DNA of 64,000 bases from positions 109,058,001 to 109,122,000 of the forward strand of contig NC_088797.1 in assembly GCF_011386835.1 (NCBI RefSeq), written 5' to 3'. Below, piece after piece: positions 38,213-51,000 of this stretch. The notes beneath the pieces were generated by a model that ran no database searches, was not told the origin of the DNA, and was given only the letters and a program-made list of their open reading frames with translations. Both the position numbers and the translations under genes were made by a program. Every line of letters starts with the position of its first letter. The first letter of the stretch is position 1. Source of the DNA: Chrysemys picta bellii (taxonomy: Eukaryota).

Positions 38213-38835
38213 TTAAATTAATGTGTAACTACAGTGCAATTGGAATCACTATATTAGTAAAGTGTAACCTTTTAAATTGGAAGCTTAAATTCTGCAGAAA
38301 GTGATCAGGCTACCAGGGAAGTCCTGGTAGATTGAACCACCATGAACCAGCTCAGTGCAACCCCACTGTAAACTAAATAATAAGACCACATTGCACTACA
38401 GCTAACCATATTCTGTTTACTGGATGCAATATGATCAGAGAAACAGATTTTTTCAATTTTTATTTTGCTACAAATAATAGAACGTTTTAATCTGTTGCAG
38501 ATTCATTATTTTGGTGTTAAACCCTCATAATATCCTCTTTAAGAAGTTCATTAATTTTAATTTATGTAGCTGAGATGAGGGATTTTAAAATTTTACTTTC
38601 ATTTTTTCTGTTGCCTCTGATCAAGGTATGAAACCCTTCCCTTCTGCCCCTGTCAGCACTTTGTTTCGGGACCGTTTGAAGCCATTCATAATACAGTAAG
38701 AGTAGGGTAGTTCTAGATCAAAAACAAAAAGTTATAGGTAGATCTAGGTTTTCTTTTGGGAAATAAATTACTGGGTTTCATTGAAACCAATGGAATTGCA
38801 ACAGGGATGGATTAGGACCCAGTACTATAGTTTAA

Positions 38836-38837
<2 letters not shown>

Positions 38838-38881
<44 letters not shown>
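38838..38881. repeat. (TG)n microsatellite
   Basis: Uninterrupted TG run of 44 nt. Confidence 0.99.
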
Positions 38882-39922
38882 GAGATATGGGAATTGTATG
38901 ATAGTTTTCTATTAATATATAGGATAACCATTTGTACATAACTCAGATTGTAATGTATTAATTTTTGCTATAAAAATGAATTGTTTTAATTGGTATGATG
39001 GTGTAACTGATTTGATTCTTAATGAAGTTATACACGTATAGCGCTAATTTCTGATTAGAATTACTAACTTGGCTAGATGCAGGTATAAAGATTTCTAATA
39101 CAATCAATATCTTATAAAGTCTGCTTAAATAGCTTATATAATGTCCAGGAATTTCTTCCCCAGAGTTGATTAATAGTCAAATATTAAAGAGTGTATGTAA
39201 AAGTCCAAGTGGATTTGTAATTGATATAGATTAACAAGTAATATGTAGAAGAAAATCAATCTTTGAACAACTGGCACGATTGACAGCCTTTTGAACAACT
39301 GGGATGCTGCTCACTCATCTTTCTGAGAACTTTTCTTTAGGCAAACACAAAATCAAGAAGGATATCTGAGCAAACAAAAGAACTCTTGCCATCAGCAATA
39401 AAATATATAAGATGAAGTGACTAGCAAACCTTTGCTATCAGCAAGCAAATGCTGAGCTAAAAGATGGTTTAACAAACACCTGTTGTTAAATGGAAAAAAG
39501 TGTAGGAGATTAATGTACAATGGCATGTAGCCTACTTCCATAACATTATACATGCCAGTCACAAATGTAATAGTCCAGTCCGATCTGGACAGTCAGTATC
39601 AAGATTCTGGCAGTTTAAATGAAATAGTTGAGCATGATTACTTATTGTGTTGCTTTTGATTGGTAGCAGTTTCTCATCTTAACTCATGCTAAGTACACAA
39701 CTATTAGATCTTAAAACCTGCCTTTTGTAAACATTTGTAAAGTCATTTGTGTTGTCTCAGAAGGAGTTTAACTGATGTTCTAGACATAATTCTGGGTATT
39801 TTCTTTGAGTCCTCTGGTAATTCAGTTAAGTCACTATCTGTCATTATAACTGCTGGATGCTAAAGACTAAATTAGAGTCAGAGTAAAACATTGGTCTGAA
39901 ATATCTGTTCTTAGCTTTCCAA

Positions 39923-40224
39923 GGGTTCGTCTACACAGCAACTAGACACTGACCGCTGGCCTGTACCAGCTGACTCCAGCTTGCGGGGTTCAGGCTGCAG
40001 GGCTGTATCATTGCTGTGAAGACTTCTAGGCGCTCTGGCTTGAGTCCTGGTTCTAGGACCCTGTGATGTGGGAGGGTTCCAGAGCTTGTGCTCCAGCCCA
40101 TGGATGAATGCTGAAATCCGGAATTCTGCACAGCAATGAAACAATCCCATAGTCCAAGCCCTGCAAGCCCAAGTCAGCTGGCATGGGCCAGCTGCAGGTG
40201 TCTAGTTGTTGTGTAAACATACCT
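39923..40224. mobile_element. PIF/Harbinger-type MITE
   Basis: GGGTTCGTCTACACAGCA / TGTTGTGTAAACATACCT TIRs. Confidence 0.8.
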
Positions 40225-40424
40225 CACAATATATTTTAACTAATAAATTAAGATGTGGCCAAATCAAAAGTTTGTCTTATTTTTCAACCCTTTCTCTTTT
40301 GCTCTCCATCAAAACTAAAAGGCTTTATCTTTTAGGAGGATAAATATTCATGAAAGCCAAATTTTATCCTCCAATACTTGCTAAAATTATTAGTCATTAT
40401 TTGACTTTTGATAGTGCCTAGGAG

Positions 40425-40850
40425 ACCAAGTCATGGACCCTGGCTCCATAGTGCTAGTCACTGTACAAACACAGAGCAAACAGTTTACTGCCTAAGTATA
40501 GGATGAGACAAGAAGTGGATGCAATAGGCACAGATGGGGCACATAGGTAACAGTGAGACAACCATTAAGCATGACAGACAATGGTCTCACCATGCCAAGC
40601 TTTTTTGTAGGCATCACAGCACAGGAGAGTTTTAAGGAAGGATTTGAAAGAGGACAATGAGGTGGCTTTGTAGATGTTTACAGGGAGCTCCTCCCATGTC
40701 TAAGGGGCAACATGGGAGAAAGCATGGAGGTGCTCATTTGAAAATGTAACAAGTGGGTGACAATGGCTGGAATCCCGGGCAAAGCAAAGGTGAGAGTTAT
40801 TTCAGTAGCACATGAGATGATAAGTAGAGTGGTGATGGGCCTTGGAAGGT
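40425..40850 (-). mobile_element. L2 3' end relic
   Basis: gagagttttaaggaaggatttgaaagagga..gtggctttg..acagggagctcctccca antisense L2 3' pattern. Confidence 0.55.
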
Positions 40851-41229
40851 CTTTTCAAAAAGCAAATTCTATTTGCCAGTAATATTTTGAGAAATTAATT
40901 TTAAAAGCAAAATTTCAAACTTTTTATTCAGTTGGAAAATTCAGAATTTGCATTCTTTATTCGGTGTACTGAATTATTCCTGTTTGGGGAGGGGGGCAAG
41001 CAGATATTTTTTGGTTTAGATTCATGATCCTCCTTGGGTTGGTTAGCCACAAGAAAGGAAAAATAGGGTATCACAAATCAGTGCAGATTGTGAATGATCT
41101 GGAATCTTAAATATTATTTGCTGGAAAATGTTCATGAATAAATTTGAATAATGAAAAAAATTCAAGAATTTTGCAAATTGTTCATGGACATCATTAAAAA
41201 AATTAATGGAGGTCAATTTGTCCGCAGCG

Positions 41230-41790
41230 CTCTGCTGCAGTATTTCCGTATGCAGTACACTCACGTTTATCCAAATGGCCTGGAGAACATCTGAAACTTT
41301 CAGATAATGGGCATTTGGATAAATGGAAGTGGTATTTTGAGTGCACAGATAGGTAGTCCCTTGGATAGAAGAAAGGAATGCGTATCAGGCACAAAGATAT
41401 CAGCCAACCAGGCATGGAAGATTTCAGCATTCATCCATGGTGTTGTCAATGTTATATCGCTGGGTGACATCAGATTTTTCTTTCTAGGTCCTCAAGAATC
41501 TGTAGTTTCTGCTTGAGATCCAACAGAGATGTGGTTTTTTTCCAATGTTGTCCTCCCTGCTGCGGTTGGTGAAACAGGGTTAGATCTCAGTAACTGAAGG
41601 TAACTGCTCAGAAGGCCTATACAAATACAGAGCAGTTGATTAGCCTTTTACCATCTGTTAGAGCTAATTGAGAAGTTTATTAACCGGTCATTAACTGAGA
41701 TAGGGCTACATGGGGGATGCACTGGATTTGGATAATAAAGATTTCCAGGTAAAGGGAATTTGGATAACTGGAACTATACTTAATTAGAAT
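41230..41790 (-). mobile_element. Tigger/pogo transposase relic
   Basis: Minus frame PWMNAEIFHAWLADIFVPDTHSFLLSKGLPICAL resembles DDE_1 'WMT..F..W....FVP....L..KGLP..AL'; stops on both sides; ttggataactggaactatact TIR-like end near 41760-41780. Confidence 0.68.
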
Positions 41791-42498
41791 CGGAAATAAC
41801 TGTTTTCAGTTATTGCTGTTTGATAATTGGTCATGTAATAACGAATTTGTGACTCACACAGGAGGTCTGGTAATAGAATGATCTTTATTGTCCGGTCCCA
41901 GTCATATGAAATGGGTCTGTGCTACAAAAGGTTAAATGCCTGTCAAATGACTGGAGTCTGTATCTATTGATGCAAGCTCTTCATCCCTTAATTATGCCAA
42001 ACTCCTGCTGATGCTGAAGTCTCAAGGAAAGACTTCCAGGCTAAGTCCTGGGTCTGTAATTTAAAGCTGGCCCTGGCCTTATGTCACTGGTATTTTCCAG
42101 GCTGCTAGCTAAATGAATATTTACGTGGTTGTATATTTATGACCTCAGCTCCTCAGTTCTAAGAAATGTAAAGTCTCATATCCTATTTGTGTAGCTTGTT
42201 GCTAGAGAAATTCCTAAGGCTGAGAATTCCCCCTAAGCTTCCCTCTGCAGTCACAAACAATCACAGAAACATTAATACAGTTACAGCTCACTCCATTGTT
42301 CTGTTCTAGTAGCTTTTCCCCTCCTCCTCCCCCACCCACAAAAAAACCAACCATATAATTGTACTGAAGTAGTAAAGAACTGAAAGGAAAATGAAAGGTG
42401 TTTCCCAATATAATGGCAAAGCTGCAATATCACTGCACTGTGAATTATTGTGAATCAACTACAAAATGAAAAATGCCATGTTGTCTTATGAAATAATG

Positions 42499-42651
42499 AC
42501 AGGTTTCAGAGTAGCAGCCGTGTTAGTCTGTATCCGCAAAAAGAACAGGAGTACTTGTGGCACCTTAGAGACTAACAAATTTACTAGAGCATAAGCTTTC
42601 GTGGACTACAGCCCACTTCTTCGGATGCTGCCACAAGTACTCCTGTTCTTT
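42499..42651 (-). mobile_element. Penelope pLTR insertion with inverted 25-bp duplication
   Basis: 13-bp direct repeat TTATGAAATAATG at 42486-42498 and 42652-42664; inverted arms 42538-42562 / 42629-42653. Confidence 0.92.
42589..42628 (-). ncRNA. Minimal type I hammerhead ribozyme-like motif
   Basis: GCAT CCGAAGA A GTGGGC TGTA GTCCAC GAAA GCTT ATGC on minus strand. Confidence 0.62.
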
Positions 42652-42883
42652 TTATGAAATAATGGTAGGGATGAGGCTTACATTCGTAAGTCAGGAAAAA
42701 CAGATACAATTGAGATCATTTATAGAGTGCCTTCAGTATAGTAAAATCCCCAAAGGAATAATAAATGAAATATGATAATCATTTTGCCCACAAATGAAAT
42801 GCTGCCACTTCTTGGGTATAATTTAACAGTGAATATTGACACTGCACAGCAGGAATTTGGCAGGGACATCAGGTTTAACATAC

Positions 42884-42961
42884 CTATACTTGTGGAAAAT
42901 GCCATGAGATTTTTTAATGACCAGAAATAGTTAAAATTGTTATGTACAGCAATGTAGTACT
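42884..42961 (-). CDS. Weak candidate coding exon (78 nt, phase 1-1)
   Basis: cattgttag| ... TATAG|gtatgt; frame (E)YYIAVHNNFNYFWSLKNLMAFSTSI(G); could be chance. Confidence 0.25.
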
Positions 42962-43734
42962 CTAACAATGTTGGGCACTGACTGAGAGCCAAGGAAGGGT
43001 ACCATCTATTGAATCATCATCCAAGTACTGATGCAGCCTGACCCCACTTAGATTATAAAAACTGACATAACCGCAATCAATACAGCAACACTGTCTTGAG
43101 CTAAGCCTACTATGTTTAGGTGCTGAGCAGCCAAGGTTCCACAAGCCTCAGAGAGAAGGACCGTGTCATTGGCTTAAAAAATACTAAACTCCCTAGTTCA
43201 CATTATAGATAAATGGTTTGCTATATTTCAGTTCAAAAACTGCAGTACAAACTAACAGCTGTCGTGTCCCCTGGCCGTACTCAATTGCACATGGGAGTAT
43301 GGCTCCTATCTCCCTGACCAGCCTGGTAATACCTGCCTAGGCCTTGCATCCAGGTCTAGTGTGGAGCACAGCCCCTGGTCTCTGTCTGCTCCCTTCTGAG
43401 AGCACGTGGGCAAAGACAGCGTGAAGCGCCTTGGCTCAGTCTTCTCTACTTGCTGACCAACAGCTCTGGGCTGGTGCAAGGAGGAAGTAAACTGAACTCC
43501 TTTCTGAGATGCAGTGAGTTACTTCCCCGGAGGAGCAAAGAGGAAGCAAATATCTCCGTGGGGGCAGCACCTCTTCTCGATCTCTCTCGCCTCACCTTAA
43601 AGCAAGCCCAAATATGCACCACACTTATCTGTATTTTAATCACTGAAATGACTAGACGTGCTTTCTTTTCTGTTGGCTAAATTGTTTTTCTAGACTGCAA
43701 GCTTGGTTGTGAAGTTTGAACCCAAAGTATATAT

Positions 43735-43991
43735 CGGAGTAGGCAACCCATTCACACTGCCTGGGTCCTGGCCACCGGTCCGGGGGGGCTCTGCATTTTA
43801 ATTTAATTTTCAATGAAGCTTCTTAAACATTTTTAAAACCTTATTTACTTTATAACTAAACTATTGTTGTATGTATATTATAGACTTATAGAAAGAGACC
43901 TTCTAAAAACGTTCAAATGTATTATGGGCACGCGAAACCTTAAATTAGAGTGAATAAATGAAGACCACGTCTGAAAGGTTGCCAACCCCTG
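43735..43991. mobile_element. hAT MITE
   Basis: CGGAGTAGGCAACC / GGTTGCCAACCCCTG termini; perfect TSD GTATATAT. Confidence 0.9.
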
Positions 43992-45507
43992 GTATATATC
44001 TTAAAAAACTGGACTGTGACCCTAGGCACAGCCCTGAGCAATGGGCGCTGCTTAAAGGGAGACACCTCGGGAGTAGATCCAGGAAGGCATTGTGCCTTGG
44101 AGACGCAGCCCTCCACTGTTCCCCGCTTGGGCTAGGGGGTGTTTTGCTACAGCTCTTTACTAGATGTATCATATGCCCCGCTCAGATACAGCCATCTTTT
44201 CTGGCCAGCACTTATGGGGTGCCCACTCTCTTCCCTTCCCTACCATCTATTGGGTGGAGCATAAAGCACTCAGTCCCTGCTCTCCTTCTCCCACGCGCAC
44301 GCACATGGAGCTGCAAAACAGTTCTAATGCATCTATATGGACAGAACTTTGCCCCTCTTTAATCTATCATATGGGCTCCTTAGTCCTAGTTGCAGTTTAA
44401 CTCTTAACAAGAGTGGTGAGTAATGGAAATACTGATTAACTTTAATGTTCTAAAGGCGCAACTGTAGTACTGCATATATACCTTTTACAGTGAAAGAGGC
44501 AGCCTTGGTAAGTCTCATAGTGGTATATCTTAGATAACTGTGGGCCAAACCTTACCCACCTTGAGCATGTCTGTACTTCCATTACATCCAATAGGGCTAC
44601 CTGCATGAGTAGTGAATTAAGATTTAGCCCTGTGTTTACTGAAAACCCTGCCATTTGCAACAGGGTATGTCGGCCGTTCTACCTCTGAAGAGAATCTAGA
44701 GAGCAGCATGTATCCATAGCATTATGATTTTATGGAGTCCTGGGTGCCCTGTTCACATCAGTGAAAGTGATAGCTGCTCAGTACTTCTGAAAATGAGGCC
44801 TCTGGAATAGGTGACTAAATATGGATGTAGATTCCTAACTTTAGGTTCCCTGGTTTGGAAAATGTGGCTGGAATTTCTTTGCCAATGCTGAAAATAGGCA
44901 AAGGATTTTTCATTGCTTAAAGATCTTTAATCAATCATTTAATTTCTTCTTAAACAGCAATAAATTATTTAAAACAACAACAAATAAAGAATCACAGACT
45001 CAATAGTTCCAAGAGATCTAGGAGAGAAGTTATAATATGCCGTTGACAGCTCAAAAGCACCATCAAGTGGTGGATTGGATTAAATCACCTCCAGACTATT
45101 GTTCAGAGTGGTAGAAGACACTATAAGGTGAGTAAAATAGATCTGGTTTTTGTTGATCAAAACATATCCTGCACCCAGCATAGTTTTGCCATTGATGTAG
45201 ATGGCAAATGATTGGTTTAATGGGCCAGATTCTGTCTGGCCCTCTGCAGCTGGGCAGTGTGCTCCTTCCCTTTTGCATGTCCCTTTTAAGGGCTAGGAAT
45301 ATCTCCAGTCCCTGCACTCAGAGGAAACCAGTGGATGATGCTTTCCTCCTCCCTTGGGGATGAATGGCACCTGAACATGAATGCCAATAAGACCCCTCAA
45401 AAGGAGACACATCCTGTTCCTTTAGAAGCCACTTGTCATTTTGCCACTGATTTATGATCTATGGCCTGCTGACTTTTGAGTCTAGTAGGATATAGGACTG
45501 GGACTGC

Positions 45508-45810
45508 GGTATAACTGTCTCCGTTTCAGAGTTACCTGCACCTTTGCCTGCCTACCTCTTGGCCTGCTTGGGGCACCCATTTAAGGTTTCAGGCTCCCAG
45601 CCATCACCTCTCTTGGATGGAGACTCACATCTCTCTCCCTCCAGACTTTGGATAGGCTTACAGTCCCTCTGCACCTCACTGTGACTTTCCCAACAGGTCT
45701 GACTGGGGTCCAGCACCTCTGGATCATTCTTTCTTCAGGAGCTGCAACAGCATACACCAGTGATCAGCCAGGCTTCACAAAACTAACTACATTCATCCTG
45801 ATGCCAAAAG
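45508..45810. mobile_element. LTR-like fragment
   Basis: ggtttcaggctcccagccatcacctctcttgg..cagtccctctgc pattern as in Gypsy-type LTRs; ends unresolved. Confidence 0.35.
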
Positions 45811-46394
45811 CATCAGCGAGAAAAAAAAATTGAACAATAAATGGCCCTACATGCCTGCTAAAAGCTTCAAGGTCACCCCCAGCTCCAATATACGTAGGCT
45901 TGGCAGGATTTGATTTTAATCAATAATTGTTAGCAAACATCAGTTTAGCTGACACACTGATTTCCCCCCATCCCCCCAGCCAATTTCAATCGGTAACGGT
46001 CAGCATGCCTCCAGGGATCGGGTGTCACCAGCCCTGCAGCTGCATAGGGAGCCCTCTGCAGCCCTGCTCTCATGGGAGGAAGGGAGCCAAGCCAAGCCAG
46101 AGGAACTGCAAAGGGCTTCTTGTGCTGCGTCAGGGTCGGTGACACCTGATATCTGCAGGCACTTGGTTAGGAGGGAGACGACGGTCCTGGTGGAGCAGTG
46201 CAGAGACCCCAGCCAGGACTGCAAGGAGGAGGAGAAGTTTCCAGCCACGGGGGTAGACATCCCATTGCCGAATGGCTCTTGTGGCAGTGCAGGGAACCCT
46301 TTGCAACCCTGTGTCACCGACCTGTGCTCTCACTCACCGGCTAGGAGTGCTGGGGTCCCAGAGGAACTCCACTAGTAGCCTCCCTCCAGCCTGA

Positions 46395-46830
46395 CAGTTC
46401 GCCATTCAGTATGGCCATTGTAGTCTTTAACCAGTTCCTTATCCACCTTTCAGTTCTCATGTTAATCCCCATCTTCTCCGATTTAACTAATAATTTCCCA
46501 TCTGGAATGGTATCAAATGCCTTACTGAAATCCAGGTAGATTAGATCTACTGCATTTCCTTTGTCAAAAAAAAAAATCAGTTATCTTCTCAAAGAAAGAT
46601 CAGGTTGGTCTGGCACGATCCTCCTTTTGAAAAACCATGTTGTGTTTCATCCCAGTTACCAATATGCCCTTAATTACTCTTTCAAAATTTGTTCCAAGAC
46701 CTTGAATACAATTGAAGTCAAACTAACAAGCCTGTAGTTTCCCGAATCACTTTTTTCCACCTTTCTTAAACTTAGAAGTTATATTAGCAATTCTCCAGTC
46801 TAAGGTATGACCTCCCGAGTTTACACATCC
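46395..46830 (-). mobile_element. CR1 RT-domain relic
   Basis: Antisense of VD.IYLDFSKAFDTIP (ccttactgaaatccaggtagatt) and KHGFQKERSC motifs. Confidence 0.8.
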
Positions 46831-47499
46831 ATATGCTCACCAGACATACTTTCACTAACCTGGTGCACCTGATCTTGGCATCTGGAATAATATGCTCTGG
46901 GTCTGCAATCATCTTTGCATAGCTGGAATACCACCCCAGAGACTGTCAGTGCTGGCATCTGCCAACATAGCTAGAATGATGCTATCCCAGATCCACCCAG
47001 AGTGTGTTTTAAGTAATTCATGAAGGACCTGATGCGAAACCTATTGAAGTCAGTGCAAAGATTCCCATAGACTTCAATGAACTTCAGATCTGGCTCAAAC
47101 AGGTTGGCCTTTGTGGGAAGATTTTGAATATCCTCCAAAATGTTATACCAACTGCCTTCAAAGCTTGTTGTAACCTTACATTGTGTTCCTTCTGAACTAA
47201 AATGCTATCCATATACATTTCCACTCCTTCCAGGCCTTGCAGAATCTCATTCCTTTTGCTCTGGAAGATTTATGGGGTGCTTATGATGCTGAAGTGTAGG
47301 AGGTGAAAACAATAACTTTCAAATTAAATTGTAAAAGGGCAAAGCAGAACCAGCCAGAATCCACAAACTGTGAGGAGAATATTGTTGCACCAGTTAAATT
47401 GGAGATTGTGGGTAAAATCCTGGCACCATTGAAATCAGTGAGAGTTTTACCATTGACTTCAAGGAGACCAAGATTTCAGCCTGTGTCTTCTACGGTAGA

Positions 47500-47765
47500 C
47501 AGAATATACTTTTCCCTCCTTGTTGCTTCACTGAGCTTCTTTAGGCCTATATGGATATAGGTGTGCCCATTTTCTATAATAGGTATCATACACCATTCTT
47601 CACCGTCCCATCCAGCTCTTCCTTTGCTTTGCATGCAGCAGAATTGACATTCTGTGAGCTGTGCTAAACACATAGGACATGACCTCTTCTCTAATAGGGT
47701 CTGCACCCATTCTCCTTTAAGCAGGGCATTTTGCTGAACACCATTTTGAGTTCCTCTATGCATTT
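47500..47765 (-). mobile_element. RTE-like LINE 3' relic
   Basis: Frameshifted GHV....QRKSWM..KEWC pattern resembling the RTE ORF C-terminus. Confidence 0.4.
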
Positions 47766-48299
47766 TATGAGGCTATGGTTCAGTTTAGGAGGTTACTTTT
47801 GGTGGCCTAATTGATAACAACACTATTTTATTCAGTACAGGCTTTGAATTAACCTGATAATTTATTTGCTACCCCTAGGCTACTAAGCAGTGCCCTGGAG
47901 TGTTTCTCACTTAGGGCTAGGTCTCATTCCTTGTAAAAATCTCTTTCCATATTATAGTCAACTCTATCCTGAATCAATTATGAACTTAATCTCAGGATTT
48001 GCAATGCTGTTAACAGTGCAAGCCTGTTCATGATGGCTTTGAACACAAATCCCAAGACATAAGCATCCCTCACCCTTGCCTGAGTTATCTCCCTGATTCC
48101 TTTGCTCTCACAGACCCATTGCAGGTGTTCCTCATATACTCCTTGCAAATGTTTATTCTGGACACTGGCTCTAGTCTGTACTATATAATCCCTTGCTGTA
48201 TCTGCCACTCATTGCTCTGAAAAGACACCATGAAATGAAGACTTCCTTTCCTTTGGAATATTTTCATTGCTATTTCTTGTATTATGTTGTCATGACATT

Positions 48300-48570
48300 T
48301 GTGATGGGTGACTTGGATTTTAACTCTTAGGTACACCTATGGCCCCCATCACCCTGGTATCTGAACACCTCACAGTCTTTAATGTATTTATTCTCACAAC
48401 ACCCGGGTGAGGTAGAGAAGTTCTATTACTCCCATTTTATTTTTACAGATGGGGAACAGAGGCACAGAGAAACTAAGTGACGCACAGGAAATCTGTGGTG
48501 AAGCAAAGAATTGAATTCTTGTTTCCCAGGACCTAGGCTAGTGCTTGCTAACCACTGGACCATCCTTCCT
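48300..48570 (-). mobile_element. MIR/CORE-type SINE relic
   Basis: tactcccattttatttttacagatggggaacagaggcacagagaaactaagtgac. Confidence 0.7.
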
Positions 48571-50439
48571 TCCCCTACAGGTAACTCTAAAAAGTGGTGA
48601 TCCTTGAGAAAAAAGGTTGGAGAGAACCCTACAATATAGGATAACTTCATACTCCTGTAAGAATAGAGTCCAGACAGAAAGAAATAAATCTTGGTTCTGC
48701 TTCTTATGGATAGGATGGACTTGACTGAAAATGTGATAGTCTTAGGAAACCTTGATACTAGTAGGAATGAGCTATTTGAATTCAATATAGTACAGAATGG
48801 ATTCACATACTATAGCTATACAAACCCCCTCATCCAACATTTTTCTTTGCTTACTTCCTAGTTACATCCCTTGAGCCACCCAAAATGTGTCTGAACCCCT
48901 TGTATATACATACATATATAATGAGTTATCAAATCTGTGGAACTACTTGCATGAGTAAGTGTTACTCAACATGAATGAGGATTGCAGAATCATGCCTACA
49001 TTAACAGGTGACCAGGTCTACCCCTACCAGTAGTCCCATGGAAGTCAGTGAGATAGCTCATATAAGTACACAGCATGTGTAAGGGTTGCAGGATGGATCA
49101 GACTATAAGAGGATTATTTCATAATACAAACTATCTCAAATTCTATCTCAGCTATACCACTGTTTCATGAGAAACAGGAATATTTCCCTATCAATTTCAC
49201 AGTAACCTTGTATTTCACATTGTTATGGCAATCTTTCAATTTTTAGCATCTGCTTTTCAGAATGTTTCATATCTTGACTGAAAAAATGAAGTAATAGTAT
49301 AAATCAAACTAAAAATGGCCTGTACTTTTCCTTTTCAGATATGTCTGTCTGTTGAGCTGTATTGTAAGTTTAGTGTTACTGATCTAGTAGTTATTTTAAC
49401 TGCTGCTTGGCTTCAGCCCTGTTGATATATTGGTTATTTTTATATATGGTAGGCTATTTATGTGACTGATTTTGCAATTCATGCTGCCTGCTGAAGGACA
49501 TCCCTTGAAACAGACCTCATCGCTGTATTCTCAAGATGAAAACAATTGGATAGAAGTACATTTCTGAAAAGAAGAACCTCTATTACATTTTTTTTCTGAA
49601 TTGCTTGCACAAGCCAATTGGTTGGGTTATTGGAAGAAATGAAACAGGGAAAAATTGATGGGATTCAGGTGTCAGTGTGTGGCATTAAAACCATTTCTTA
49701 TACTTAGCAAATGGTGACTGTTGGATCAAATTCCAGCATATGGCCAAAATATAGTACAAGGGAGAAAATGATTGCGTTTATCATGCTAGCACAGGGTTCA
49801 GAAAGGTAGATGCAAGAGACACCAAAAAGCACAACCAAATTACTCAGGATTGTTATTTTAGGAGTTCACTTGCTCAGTCCCTGTAAGATAGAGAAAGATG
49901 CTATGATAGTGGTAATCTAAAACATGGAAGGTATTTTAGGGGCCTTGAAGGTGTAAATAGGAAACCTAGAATAAAGACATAATTAGAAAACAGAAGCTCT
50001 CATCAGAGCTAGACTTTAAATTGTCATGACAAGGGATATGTGTTTTAATCCTCTTGGAGATTTTTCCCTCCTCAATCTTCAATAACCCAAATGGATCCTA
50101 AATTAAGCATAAACCAACATCGAGTCTTTTTTTTTTTTTAAATTCATCCCTCCTGTTAAATGTGCACGGCCTTGATTCAGCAAGATACTTGAGCATCTGT
50201 GTGACTTTAAGCATTAGTCTCTGACAACTAGTCAGATGCTTAGTTAGGCAGGTGCTTAAATATTTAGCTGAACTGGGCCCTATGTGAAGTGACTAGGGGG
50301 AAAAATCCCATGAGGTGCTGAACACCTGTTGCACCTTGATGAACTCCCTCATTCCCTCACAGAGGATTCGCAGCACAACCCATAGAGAGATGTTCCCAAT
50401 AGGTAGATGGCATGCAGCTCTATGCATTTTTTATTTTTT

Positions 50440-51000
50440 AGTCGAACCTGATCAGGAATTGAATGAGGCTGGGACTTGGATAACAGACAGCAGGCTAAGG
50501 ATCAGTTTAGAGAAGACTGAAATGATGCTGGTTGGCTATGTTGAAGCAGTCAGAGAAAATGCCTAGATTGGTGTCTGTACTTCTGATTGATGGGGTTTTC
50601 CCATTCATTTTGCCAATGAAGTTAGGAACTGATGGATGTCTTAATCCCCAATGGCTCCCAGCAACCCAGGTAGCATCAGTGGTCAGGAAAGCATATTTAT
50701 CTCTCCTCAGTTCAGTGACTGACTGTTTGGGATGTGGACCTTGCAACAGCTATCCATGCCTTTAGTGGCCTCCAGACTGCAACTGTGCATGCTATACGGT
50801 GCTACCCTAGAACAACTCTCTGAAGCTAAAGCAGATGAAGAAGGAAGAGGCCCATCTTCTTAGCAGGCTGGTCATGGGAATAAGTTACAATAGAGTCCAT
50901 AGACAACTCTAAAATCTTTTGTACTTCTTGGTACAATTAATGGTGTTGATTTAAAACCCTATATGATTTGGATCCTAGCTAACTGATAAAAGCTCACTTC
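50440..51000 (+). mobile_element. L2-clade LINE RT 3' relic
   Basis: RLRISLEKTEMMLVG, QVASVVRKAYL, SRLQL(C)NVLY-like motifs. Confidence 0.7.

Noticed and set aside
47476-47763. Host coding exon (GWDGEEWCMIP...)
   Set aside because: Neighbouring frames give an RTE-like GHV/RKSW pattern, so a LINE relic is more likely
47978-48208. Myb/SANT or esterase ORF1 fragment
   Set aside because: Too few conserved residues to distinguish it from noise
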